A DNA stretch of 60,382 nucleotides from Thelocarpon superellum. Lineage: Eukaryota. The stretch is from positions 1 to 60,382 of the forward strand of contig JAPEUG010000066.1 in NCBI GenBank assembly GCA_026025795.1. Reading direction: 5' to 3'. The notes below the pieces were generated by a model that saw only the letters and a list, made by a program, of their open reading frames with translations, was not told where the DNA came from and did not search any database. Below are positions 25,772 to 38,997 of the stretch, piece after piece. The translations under genes were made by a program, and so were the position numbers. The first letter of the stretch is position 1, and the number at the start of each line of letters is the position of its first letter.

Positions 25772-28697
25772 ATGGCCACTCCCAACGAGGGATACCCGTC
25801 ACAGCCCCTCCTCGACCAGCAGGCCGCGCAACCTCCCCAGCCGGGCTACGAGAATGCCGCTCCTGCACCCAGTACCGCCCCCGGTGGCAAGAAGAAACGC
25901 ACGTACGCTGGCCAAGCCTTTGAATTCGGGCAGGGAGGCAATGCGGCCGTGGGCGGGCAGCAGGTAGCGGGAGGCGCCTACCCCGGTGCCCCCGGTGCCC
26001 CCGGTGCCGCCGGTGCACCCTACGGGGCGGGATATCCATCGCAGCCACAGGCCCCAGGCTATCCGCAACCACAGGGCGCGCCGCCTGGCTACCCGCAGCC
26101 TGGCTATGGCGTCGACCAGAGCGCATCTCAAAACGTCATCCCCCCCCCGGCCCCGGGTTACCTCCCGCCCCAAGCCCCCGGCGTCGGCGGCTATCAACCG
26201 CCCGATCAGGGATATCCCGCCCAAGGCGCTGCGCCAGGATTGACGCAGCAGTTCGGTCAGATGGCCATCGGCGGACCGCAACCCATGGCGCCGCAGCAGC
26301 TGCAGGCACAACCGGCCCTGCCCCTGAACCAGCTCTACCCCACCGATCTGTTGACCCAGCCATTCAACGTCTCGGAACTGGAGCTACCCCCGCCGCCCAT
26401 TGTTTTGCCGCCCAACTCGAGCGTGACGCCGTCGCCGGACGCCAACTGCTCGCCCAAATACGTGCGCTCTACGTTGAACGCCGTGCCAACGACCCATAGC
26501 CTCCTCAAAAAGTCCCGCCTGCCCTTTGCCCTCGTCATCCAGCCCTACACGTCACTCCACGATGCCGAGGACCCGGTGCCGGTGGTGCAGGACCAGGTGA
26601 TCTCGCGTTGTCGACGCTGCCGCTCCTACATCAACCCCTTTGTCACCTTCCTCGACCACGGGCACCGATGGCGCTGCAACATGTGCAACCTGACCAACGA
26701 CGTGCCGCAGGCCTTCGACTTCGATGCTGCCGCGCAGAAGAGCGTCGATCGCTGGCAGCGGCCCGAGCTGAACCATGCCGTGGTCGAGTTCGTGGCGCCG
26801 CAGGAGTACATGGTCCGGCCGCCCCAGCCGCTGGTGTACCTGTTCATGTTCGACGTGAGCTTCGCCGCCGTGACCAGCGGCCTGCTGGCCACCAGCGCTC
26901 GCACCATCCTCGAGAGTCTGGACCGCATTCCCAACGCCGACCGCCGCACCCGCGTCGGCTTCATGGGCGTCGACGCGAGCCTGCACTACTTCTCCATCCC
27001 GCGTGACGGGTCGGAAGTGACGGACACGAGCATGCTGGTGGTGAGCGACCTGGACGAGCCCTTCCTGCCCACGCCCGCCGACCTCCTCGTCACGCTGGCG
27101 GAGTGCCGGGAGAACATCGAGATCTTCCTGGCCAAGCTCCAGGAGATGTTCCAGAACACGCAGGTGGGCGCCTCGTGCCTGGGGGCCGCGTTGCGCGCCG
27201 GGCACAAGCTCATCTCGCCGCTGGGGGGGAAGATCACCGTGCTCACGGCCTCCATCCCCACCGTCGGGGTGGGCAAGCTGGAGATGCGCGAGGACAAGAA
27301 GCTGCTGGGGACAGCCAAGGAGAACGCGTTGCTGGGGACGGCCAACAGCTTCTACAAGAGCTTCGCGGTGGAGTGCTCCAAGAACCAGGTGTCCATCGAC
27401 ATGTTCCTCTTCTCGTCGCAGTACCAGGACGTGGCGTCGCTGAGCAACCTGCCGCGCTTCACCGGCGGCCAGACCTACTTCTACCCGGGATGGAACGCGG
27501 CGCGGAGCGAGGACGCCATCAAGTTCGCGCAAGAGTTCAGCGACTACCTCTCGGCCGAGATCGGGCTGGAGGCGGTGCTGCGGGTGCGGGCGACGTCGGG
27601 CCTCCGGATGAGCACCTTCTACGGCAACTTCTTCAACCGCAGCTCCGACCTGTGCGCCTTTCCCGCCTTCCCGCGCGACCAGAGCTACGTGGTCGAGGTG
27701 GCCATCGACGAGTCGCTGACGCGCGGCTTCGTGACGCTGCAGACGGCGGTGCTGCACACGACGTGCAACGGCGAGCGCCGCATCCGCGTCCTGACGCTGT
27801 CGCTGCCGACGACGCAGAATGTGGGCGACGTGTACGCCTCGGCCGACCAGATGGCCATCACGGCCTACTACAGCCACAAGTCGGTCGAGCGCGCGCTCGG
27901 CAGCGGGCTCGAGTCGACGCGCGACCAGCTCCAGTCGCGCCTGGTGGAGCTCCTGCAGACCTATCGCAAGGAGCTCGCGGGCGGCAACATGGGCGGCGGC
28001 GGCCTGCAGTTCCCCGCCAACCTGCGCGCCCTCCCCGTGCTCTTCCTGGGCCTGATGAAGCACGTCGGCCTGCGCAAGTCGGCGCAGATCCCCTCGGATC
28101 TCCGCTCGGCGGCGCTCTGCCTGCTGTCGACGCTCCCGCTGCCGCTCCTGATGCAGTACATCTACCCGCGCCTCTACTCGCTGCACGACATGCCCGAGGA
28201 CGCCGGGCTGCCCAACGCCAGCACGGGCGAGATCGTCATGCCGCCGCCGGCCAACCTGATCTCGGGCAGCCTGGTGCCGTACGGGCTCTACCTGATCGAC
28301 GACGGCCAGACGCAATTCCTCTGGGTCGGGCGTGACGCCGTGCCGCAGCTGATCAGCGACGTCTTTGGCATGCCGGACAAGAACAGCCTCAAGATCGGCA
28401 AGACGTCGCTGCCGGTGCTGGACAACGACTTCAACGAGAAGGTGCGGGCGGTGGTGGAGAAGAGTCGCGACCATCGGACCAAGGGCGTGGGCAGCATCGT
28501 GGTCCCGCACCTGTACGTGGTGCGTGAGGATGGCGAGCCCAGCCTGCGCCTCTGGGCGCAGACGCTGCTGGTGGAGGACCGGGCGGATCAGAGCGTGAGC
28601 TTGGCCCAGTGGATGGGTGTCTTGCGAGAAAAGGTGAGCCTTCTGCTGCCCGCGGTCGCGGACGACGTGCTGACCGAGGCGATAGATTGTACAGTAA
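25772..28697 (+). CDS. SEC24: COPII coat cargo-adaptor Sec24
   Basis: Exons 25772-28633 and 28686-28697. Pro/Gln/Gly-rich N-terminus; Zn finger [12 protein letters not shown]...WRCNMC; vWA trunk (YLFMFDVS); EAVLRVRA; gelsolin-like C-terminus. Confidence 0.97.
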
Positions 28698-29565
28698 TGA
28701 GAGGCAACGAACGCCGCCATCTTGGGACCGAGGACTCTGGGATGGGGATTCAATGGTCATGTGATGTGCTGCTCCGGATCTGTTCCCTTTCGTCCCTCTC
28801 ACGCCACCCCACCACGACCGTAGGATGGCTCCTCGGCCCATGGCATCCACCGTGAATCTTGGCCTGGACGGGCGGCGGCACACGTCAGACATAGCTCCGT
28901 AGACAGCGTGCTCGTATCAAGCTTGAGGATGCAAGATGGTGATGACCTAGGAGGAATGATGGCGCCAAGATAGGCGTATACGTCAGCTGAGACACCCTTG
29001 TCGGGGTGGTGTGGCGGTGCGGTACGACGGTGCCGGACGCTTCCCGTCGGATAGGATCGCGTGCGCACGAGACTTGGAGACGAGTAGCAGCAAGGCGTTC
29101 AAGGTGCCAGTGGTTCCTGGCACAGGCGGTCATGCGTGGGATGACAGGGGACGCGAAGAGATGGAGGGGTGGAGGGGCGGAGGGGTGGAGGGGGAGTGGA
29201 TGTGGGGATCTGGTATCACCGGAACCGCTGATCCGCTTCGGCGTGGCCGGGGTTGAGTTTGTGGGTCCTGGGGAGGGTGTGCCGGGCCGATAACAGGGTC
29301 CGCCAGCGTAGGTATACAGGTGTCGTACGAGTATTAATGGTGCGAGTAGGATGGAGTAGCACGAGCGCGAGCAGGAGCACCGAAGAGAGCCGGCACGTCT
29401 AAGGTCGCGGTCAGTGTCGGCATGTCCATGCATGTCCATGGTAGTACGGCATGTTCTCGCTTTCTCGTCATCAACTAAGCTTGGTTTCTTCAGCTGAGAT
29501 CTGAGGCACTCAAGTCTCGTGTTGCCCTTACACTGTCCTGGGAAGAGTCCAGGTTGACCAGAGAT

Positions 29566-29608
29566 CGTGCTCGTGCTCGTGCTCGTGCTCGTACTTATAC
29601 TCGTGCTT
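29566..29608 (+). repeat. (CGTGCT)n hexanucleotide microsatellite, about 4 perfect copies plus degenerate copies
   Basis: cgtgctcgtgctcgtgctcgtgctcgtacttatactcgtgctt, read directly. Confidence 0.75.
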
Positions 29609-30093
29609 AGCGTACAGAAGGTCTGACGTGAATGCCCAGGTGGGGGTCTCCGGGAGGATTGCGTATTGCGTATTGCGAATGACAGGTGAGCCTGCCGGCA
29701 AATGCCGTCCGAGTTTGACTGAGGCATCCACATTGGGCCAATCTGCGCTGTTCTCTCGAGCTCCACCAGCCCACATCTCCAGCGAGACCTGCGTGCTTGG
29801 ATCGATGTTGGTGCGCAACCTGTTGGTCTACTCGTCTGCATCCTCTCACTTCATCCCGCCATCTGTCGTGACCTTTGCGGACCAGCTCGGTTGCCGGTAT
29901 CTCGTCCCGCAAGCTCGACTCCCATCGAATCCCACCACGGACCGCACCGAGCGGGCGCACGGCCGTCCGGTCCAAGCCCTGCCCTGGTGTGCTCCTGGCC
30001 ACCCCTCTCCCTCCCACTCACCCGACTTCACTCTTTGCCACAACTGGCGTGCGACGAGCCCGCAGTCCTGCCGATCCGCGCCTGCGCGACACG

Positions 30094-31988
30094 ATGAATC
30101 ATCCGGCCCTTGCCCCGCCCCAGCCCCAGCATCCGGCACATGCACGGCCTCATGGGAATATGCGTAGCCGATCGGGCGACCACAGGCACCTAACGGCCAA
30201 CGGAGCCAACGCGGGCGCCAACGGCATCGCCGTTCCAAATGGGCCCCTTGCTCGTGTGGGCAACGGCCACGGGCCGGCGCGAGGCATGGCGGGCGGGCCG
30301 TTTGACGGGCCGAGGAGTCCTCCCGGCGGGAAGAGTGAGACCGACCATCGTGCGTGGGCAGGGATCAATCAATCATGCTTATGGTGACAGATACCTCACA
30401 TGTGCCCTGCAAGTTCTTCCGGCAAGGTGCATGTCAAGCCGGCAAGGCGTGTCCCTTTTCGCATTCCGTCGATGCCACCACCGTCCAGACGCCATGCAAG
30501 TACTTTGCCAAAGGGAACTGCAAGTTTGGCGCCAAATGTGCGCTCGCCCACATCCTTCCGGACGGCCGTCGGGTCAATCGGCCCAGCATGTCCATGGGCG
30601 GAGGCCATCTCAATCTCGGCGGACGGGTCAACCCCGAGACCTATCACAATCAAGGATCGGCCTTGGCCAACTCGCTGCTCCAAGCCAATATGGGCCCGGC
30701 GCCGTTTGGACATCAATACCCTTATTCGACCCCTGATGACTATGTGTCCTCGCCTACTCACCCCAATCCCACTTTCGACATCCCGACCATCGACACGAGC
30801 TTCCCCGTCTCCAATCCTGGCTCCAAGTACGGGTCACCGCGGGAGGAGCATCGATCAGCCTTGTCGCCGGGCTCGAAAGGGCTGAGCGTGCTTGACGCCC
30901 CCCTTCCAGCCTCGTTCGATAGCAATGGCGTGTCGTGGATCGCCCGGAACGGGCCGGTGGCGGCCTCGATGCCATCGAAGTTCGGCATCGACTCACCCTC
31001 GCCATCGTACAAGGAGACCACGGCCTTGAAGACCCTGCACGATTCGGCATTTGGCAGCGATGGACGGGGAAAGACCAGCCAGATGGCATCATCCCCCCCC
31101 GGCCCGGCGGGCGAGTATTTTGGACTCCGGACGATGCACTCGAAGCGCATCGCTCGGCCCGCGACCCTTTCCGCGAGCGTCCCGCGCGCCGGGGCGGTGG
31201 ATGATTGGGATGGCAATTTCGCCTTTGAAGAGGATTTTCTCCCGAACAGTCTGCAGGAATTGTTGACTCCGCAGGAGAAGATGCGACGCATGTCGCGAAG
31301 CGGGGGAGACGAGGAGACGACTCGCTTGAGTGGGGTCGGCTCGCCGGGCGAGCAGTCCAGCAAGATCACCTCACCCCTGGCCTCGAGCCCCTCCCGATTC
31401 GGGGCGTGGTTCGCGCGACAGAAGAAAGACGAGGAGGCGTCCATGACGCCGTCTAGCTTCGGCCATGTTGGATCGCCGCTACGAAACTCCTCGATCACGC
31501 TTGGTTCCAGTCCACCGCGGACCGTCCGCACCAGTGCCACGGCTCGACCGGCCTCGGGCGACCTGTCGCCCTACTATACCTCGCCGCCACGCCAGCCATC
31601 CATGTCGATGATCTCGCAACAGCTCCAACGGACGCGACTGGGAGGGAGTGCGGAGCCGGCGAGCACGACTCTTCATCCGAGCTCTGCACGGCAACTCTCC
31701 TCCAGTGCCAGCGGGCCCCCTGCGCGGGTCTCCCTGACCTCATCCAACCCATCCACGGGCAGCAACGCCACCGTCCCACCGAACCGGTCCGTGGCCAGCA
31801 TCGACGAAGAAGAGCAAGGCGAGGTCTTTTCCATGGAAGAGGAAGACGAGGGTGCCGCGAAGCGACTGAGCGCTGCCGCCGCCCCTTCCCACTCCACCAA
31901 TCATGCGACTCCGACCCGTGCGACGTCTTTGGGTACGATTGGCACGGGGAGGAATGGCGTCGAGGCGTCGTTCCACTCGGGGGTGTAG
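30094..31988 (+). CDS. Tandem CCCH zinc-finger protein (Lee1/Cps3/Scp3-like)
   Basis: Exons 30094-30334 and 30391-31988. NTSHVPCKFFRQGACQAGKACPFSH...PCKYFAKGNCKFGAKCALAH; LDAPLPASFDSNG; EEDFLPNSLQELLTPQEKMRR. Start codon inferred. Confidence 0.85.
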
Positions 31989-32343
31989 TCCGGAGGATAT
32001 GGGAGGATATGGGAGGACTTGTTCAGGGTACGGGTGACAGATTACGTGTTGCGGACTTGCGGGTGCGCGGTAGATGTAGGGGCTGCGTGGCGAGCGGGAT
32101 GAGCAATGGGGGTGGAGTATGCGGGAAAAGGAGTCCGTGGCGCGGGGATGGATATTGGGATGGAATGGATACGAAGCGAGGGGAGGGGCTGGAGTTGGTT
32201 GGACAAGCGGAGACCACCGAGTTCTTCTTTCCATCTCTGCATCTCTCTGTCTCCCCCTAGCCTTCTAGTCGACCTTTTGTCTGTTTTTATCATCTCTTGG
32301 TGCTGTACAAATTTCCCGAAGAAGGAGGAGGCCAAGAAGAAAT

Positions 32344-33793
32344 CTACGAAGAAGAAAGATGGGATGAGAATAGAAAAGAGCGGATCCCTTCACCTACGCC
32401 CTCGGGAGACGGAGTGGAAGCACAGACATGCACAACGGGTGCTCTCCCTCGCTCTTGTTGTCGGCCGAAACGACCACGGACGAAAAAATCCCGCGTCGTG
32501 GGGCCGATGGTTGCTATGTGAACCCTCTGCCTCTTTCCTTTCTTCCTGCTGCTGTTGCTTCGCGAAAGGTGGGGAGACAAAGGTCGAGAAGAAGAGAGAT
32601 GGAGTAGATCCATTCCTGCCAGCACGTCAACCAGATCATGACCTCCTGTGGACGAGAAGACGACTATCCAGAGCATCTCGTCTGTCTCTCCACTATCCTC
32701 CTCTTCCTCTTCCTCTTCCTCTTCCTCTTCCTCTTCCTCTTCCTCTTCCTCTTCCTCTTCCTCTTCCTCTCCCTCCTCTTCACCGTCGCCTCCAGCAATC
32801 TGAGCTCCCAGAGCAAGCAACACCTCTTTCAGCTCATCACGAAACGTGGTCCTAGGCCCGGCTTCATACACGACCAGTTCATCGAGCTGAATACCCGCCT
32901 GTCGTACTCGATCAGGGATGACAGGACGATGTTGGAGTCCTACTGGGAAGAGAAGCGGTGGTACTCCCACGTTACCACGAGCGGATGAAGAAGGAGATGA
33001 AGTAGAATAAGAGGGACGGAGGGCGGGGTAGTGGGCCAATATGAACTCTGCCAGTGCCTCTCCTGTCCCTGTCTCCGCGGCGCCGTGGATGTTTCGTTCG
33101 TCGAGATGAGGAGACGAACGCAGGACTCGTGCCGTCGCGCGGCCCACCACGTAGATTGGAATCGAGCGTAGTGGGTTGCTCTCATCTTGTGGACCTAAAC
33201 GAACTTTGGGTTAACCCTGGAGGAGAGAGAGAGAGAGAGGGGGAGAAGTGGTATGGAGAACGGGCAGAGGTGCATTGGGAAGGAGGGAAGGGGTTCTTCT
33301 CACCCTCAGATATAACCTCATCCACCACCTGCACGAACCCCTCCGCAGCCCGTTGGCTCGTGAAGATCAATCCGCCATAGGGACGAGGAGTATTCGAGGT
33401 GGTTTCGTCGCCCGACGTAAAATGAGAATGAAGTAAACGACCAAGTACGCCCAAGTTATCCTTGTGAAACCGATGTTCAAGTACCGGCACAAAGTGGGGG
33501 TTGAATCGGATGGTCCTCGTCTTGCTTTTGCTCCCCGTGGCTGTGGCTGTGGATGCAGTTCGAGAGGTAGAGGAAGGTGCTACGGGAGGAAGCGATGACG
33601 TCGATGTTGAAGGAGGAGGCTGCTCAGAGACCTCATCAAGCCGGACGCGGAAATTACGAAAGTATTCTTCATATGCGTCCGAAGGCGTAGAGGGCGTTTT
33701 CAGCAGGAGGAGGGGCAGGGTGGACGTGAGGACTGCATCGTCGTTCTCATTCTCGGTCTCGTTCTCGGTCTCTGCCGGCTCGTTGTCCGCCAT
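32344..33793 (-). CDS. HEM4: Uroporphyrinogen-III synthase with low-complexity inserts
   Basis: Exons 33793-33304 and 33194-32344. LLLLKTPSTPSDAYEEYF, FVPVLEHRF, YGGLIFTSQRAAEGF, IYVVGRAT, GAAETGTGEALAEFI, LLFPVG, DELVVYE, WIVVFSSTG, IATIGPTTRDF, PSPEGV. Confidence 0.85.
32698..32770 (+). repeat. (CTCTTC)11+ microsatellite, encoding poly-Glu on the minus strand within HEM4
   Basis: Eleven perfect CTCTTC units at 32701-32766 plus flanking partial units. Confidence 0.95.
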
Positions 33794-34058
33794 TGCTACA
33801 CCTTGCTTGCATCTAGCTATAGCAGATTGACCATTCTGGATTGTCTTTTGACCCAGAGGTACTTGGGACATGTTGATCATGAGGTCTGGTGGAAAAGGTT
33901 AGCAATCTGCTTGCAATGACGGAAAGCGGCATCTTCCGCATTTGCATCTGGATTTCCCCATGGATTTCGATCCCTCGGCCGCCACTGTCCCCTGCTCTCT
34001 CACTGCTGTCTATCCACTTCCTTTTTCCCATCACGCGTAAGAGGAGAACGGCAGTGAA

Positions 34059-34808
34059 ATGGAACTGCCACAGTTCATGAAGAACAGCCCAGCAAGCACA
34101 AAGAGAGACAAGGACAAGCAACAAGATGACGCAACAACAACGACCACGCCGCCCAAGCAGCTCCCGAAGGGCGTGGTGCTGGGAAAGGACGGCAAACCGT
34201 ATGTTTTCTTTTCCTTCTTTCAGTCCTTCCGCTCCCCTATTGTCCCTCACCCTCAACCTACCTGGAAGGCCCCCATTCATCCCCCCTCGACTGGATCGAC
34301 AAGCATATACATGATCTTCATCTGACATGTCGTCCCCAGGTGTCGGTCATGTACGTCGTTCGCATCATGGGCGAGCATGACGAAGAAGCAGACGTCATCC
34401 ACCTCCCCCTCCCCCTCGACCGGCACCACCGCCCCCTCTACCGGCACCGCTTCGCCCCCACCCGACTGTCCCCCAGACGTGGACAAACTCGGCCGCCACA
34501 CCTGGACGTTCCTGCACACCCTGTCGGCGACCTACCCGGAGCGCGCGACCAGCTCTCAAGCGCGCGAAATGAGCCAGTTCCTCGCGCTATTCAGCCGGTT
34601 ATATCCCTGCTGGGTATGTGCCGAGGACCTGCAGGCGTGGATGGCCAAGCCGGAGAATGAAGCGCGTCTGCAGGGCCGAAGCGAGTTCGGCACTTGGCTT
34701 TGTGAGGCGCATAACGAAGTTAATCGGAAACTGGGCAAGCCGGAGTTTGATTGTGCTTTGTGGGAGCAGAGGTGGCGGACCGGGTGGAAGGATGGGAGGT
34801 GTGATTGA
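34059..34808 (+). CDS. ERV1: Mitochondrial FAD-linked sulfhydryl oxidase Erv1/ALR
   Basis: Exons 34059 (or 34077)-34198 and 34340-34808. GVVLGKDGKPCRSC shuttle motif; DCPPDVDKLGRHTWTFLH; redox motif YPCWVCAED; CEAHNEVNRKLGKPEFDC. Confidence 0.93.
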
Positions 34809-35403
34809 TTGATCTTAGGTACCCGCCTGTTCTAAGCAAGTGTTTCTACGTTCTTCCTTGAGGAAATCGAGTGGGAGGGGGGGCGGGGGAGGAGGATGGG
34901 GAGCATTTGGATGGTTTATGAACTTGCATACGGCGTTGCATGGGGGCGGGGCGGGCCGGGGCGGAACGGGGCGGATTCTTCTCTACTCTACGCACGCACT
35001 CACTCACTCACTGTCCGGTTGGCATGTTAGCGGCCTTTGGAGGATGACGTCTCAACTCGCTCATCTGATCCGTCGCTTTCATATGTCGTCATCGCGGAGT
35101 CGAATACTCTCTTCTCTCCTCTCCTCTCTCTCCTCTCCTCATTCAAACTGACCATAGTCCGGTTCAGATTCATGTCTTATCTTGTCCTCGGGATCTGTGC
35201 CGGTGCCGAAAACTGTCCCATTGCACTCGTCTTGCCATGTACCATCTCCGTTTCCCACCCCCCATACATATCCATTGCATGCGTTCGATTCAAGTCACGG
35301 CCCACAGTCGGACCGTTCCACCGTCGGACCGGATATTTGGCTTGATCGCCCCCACCTTCTCCCCACCCGATCCTCCGCTGTCCGATCCCCTCCTGTCGGA
35401 CGC

Positions 35404-36630
<1,227 letters not shown>

Positions 36631-36756
36631 CGTGCCGGCGGAGGAGGAAGGGGTTCAAGGTGCAAGGCCTCGATCAGACCGCCGATGCGGCGAGACGAAT
36701 ACGATCACGGCACCGCCAGGAGGTGCCCCGTCGAGCGGTCGTAAGGTCCGTGAGTC

Positions 36757-36894
36757 CTGCGTCCCGCGAGTCAGCTCGGAGGAAACACACGGATGCGGTT
36801 GCGCGGCATGGTCGCGGGGAGGACAAGTTCATTGACGTCGCACGTATGAATCAAACGCCCTGTCCTGGTACCGGCCCAAAACACCCCGACTCAC
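36757..36894 (-). other. Predicted 5'UTR intron of the MAPK gene
   Basis: Minus strand: donor G|GTGAGT at 36894, branch GCTGAC, acceptor GCAG at 36757, 126 nt upstream of the ATG. Confidence 0.65.
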
Positions 36895-38955
36895 CAAGGC
36901 TGCGGTCGACCACCCGCGGAGAAGGACTGCACGAGCGAGCTCAAGAACCTCGCAGGGGACCGTGGACAAAGAGCCAAGATTCCAGCGTCACGCCGTGGCT
37001 CGAGGACCCCAATGGTTGTGGAGAGTTCCTGAAATTGCGGCCGGAGTGATTGGCGCAGGTGGGGCGGCGGGTCAAGCGATGGCGAATTCCTTTATCGTAC
37101 TCGTGCCTCCTTGCCGGTGCTGGGTCAGTGCGCGCGGAAGGCACAAAGGATCAATAGCCGCAGTGGAGGCGAGGGTGGATGACAATAGCCAGGCCCGGGC
37201 GAGGAGAGAAAGGTGAAGAGGTGGAAAGGTGGACGGGGGAGGTGGAGAATGACCAAGGTCGGAGATGGTCCGAGAGGGTCCGAGGTGGGAGCAAAGGACT
37301 CGCACGGTCGAGCGAACAAGGGCTGCGAAAGGTGGCGGATGAGGCCGGTGAATGCCTCTTTCGTGCTGACGATCGACGCGGGGATGGGCTGCTGTGAGGT
37401 CTGGCACCAGTTGGTGTCGCAACTGGGTGAATGTGCGACTTGGTGGCGCGTGCCAATCTCGAGCTTGCGCCGCTCGCACCCGACGCACCAGAGATCGGAG
37501 CGGTACAAGGACGTCGTCGGAGCTGCGTGGTGTTTGGAAAGCCCGAGTCCGCGACCCGTAGACCGCTGACCGTTGAACGTTGAGCCTTGACGGGTTGCAC
37601 CTCAGGGGGGCGTCTGGCGGGGTTACAGCGCGTTTCACGTACGGTCGTGCCAGGCCTAGGTGTTCGCCTAGGTCAGCGGCGGGGGTGGATGGGCAGGAGA
37701 GTGACGGAACTAGCGAGGGGAGCAACTGTTTGGTCCTGTTGTCCGCCGGCCCTCACATCACAGGCGTGGCAGATGGAGGAGAGAAAAGAGAAAGAAAGAG
37801 AGGAACATAGAGTTGGGTCGCGTCCAGACCGCAAACGGTGCAGCAGGCGCTTCAGCCCTACTACTGCTCCTCCTGCGGCGATGACCACTACGAGAATGTA
37901 CGGTAGCTGGCTCGGCGACCATCGTCCCTGTCGCTCCATCCGCCGGGTGAGGGGTCGGCCGGACCCGTCGGGCGCGATGCGATAGGAGCGCAGGCTCGAC
38001 GATAAGTCGGCATTAGGTCAGCCATTGTGCTCCAACATTCATAGATGTGCGGCCAGGGGGGAGACGGATAGATCTTAGTGGAGGGCGTGGAGGCGTGGAT
38101 GTGACACGGCGATTCTTGGGTCGAGTCTCCGCGATAGGCGTCGCGGCGTGGTGAGCACCATCAATGCCCCGGCTCGCAGCGAAGATGACCGATGGAAGAG
38201 TGCGAGTACCTACACCACACAGGGACGTACCGGGGACGACGGGCAACGTATCGCATCGGGCCCTTCTGTGGGCACGCAGGACCTGTACCGGTCGGTGCCC
38301 GTGCTACTGATGCTACCAATGCGATGGTCCTTTAAGCATCTTAGCATTCGGGGCAGATCGAGGGGAAGCTCGTTACTCGTTCGTTCTTAGTGCCCTCGAA
38401 ACCTTGCTGTCACCCGCGCGTTGGCCTAGCGTCGCAGCACATCTCCATCACCCTGCACGGCACCCTCTTAGCCGAGGGTGGGAACTCCTCTGGCACCACT
38501 CGCTGCGCCGTCTGGCGCACCGGGCCCACTTCTTCGAGGCGCCGTCGCGCCATTCGTGAATCACCGCGGACCCTAACCGCCCACGGCGTCAGCCACCCCA
38601 CCCAGGCGAGAATGCACCCGTCACGCCGGGAGGGTCATGCCATAGGCGGGAGGTCCCTCCTCCACCGCAACGGACTTGGACGATGGCACGGGCTATGTTA
38701 GTCATCTCCTCGCCGTCCTTGAACCCCGTCGGTTGGGGGACCCCCTGCCCGATAGCTTCCCTACGTGGCGCGCCGGCATGACACGAGGTCGACGGAAATA
38801 GCATCAAGATGTGCAGTAGCTCCTAGGTATGTAGGGAAGATGGAGTACATCGCATGTTTCGTGCCTGTCACTGGTCGCGATCCACTCCGAGGATGATCGT
38901 CGACTCAGTTCCATCGGACCCGTCGAGGTCGTCTGCATGCAGCGAACACGTGCCT

Positions 38956-38997
38956 ACGATCCGCAGCCAACGATCCGCAGCCAACGATCCGCAGCCA
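38956..38997 (+). repeat. 3x 14-nt perfect tandem repeat ACGATCCGCAGCCA
   Basis: Read directly; intergenic, downstream of the SKT5-like gene. Confidence 0.9.

Noticed and set aside
26552..28753. 733-aa antisense ORF over SEC24; likewise 2468-4498 over COP1, 14469-16121 over YCS4 and 40866-41978 over SKT5
   Set aside because: Shadow ORFs produced by strong G/C-ending codon bias in the real genes; no recognisable domains, and they track the sense CDS extent.
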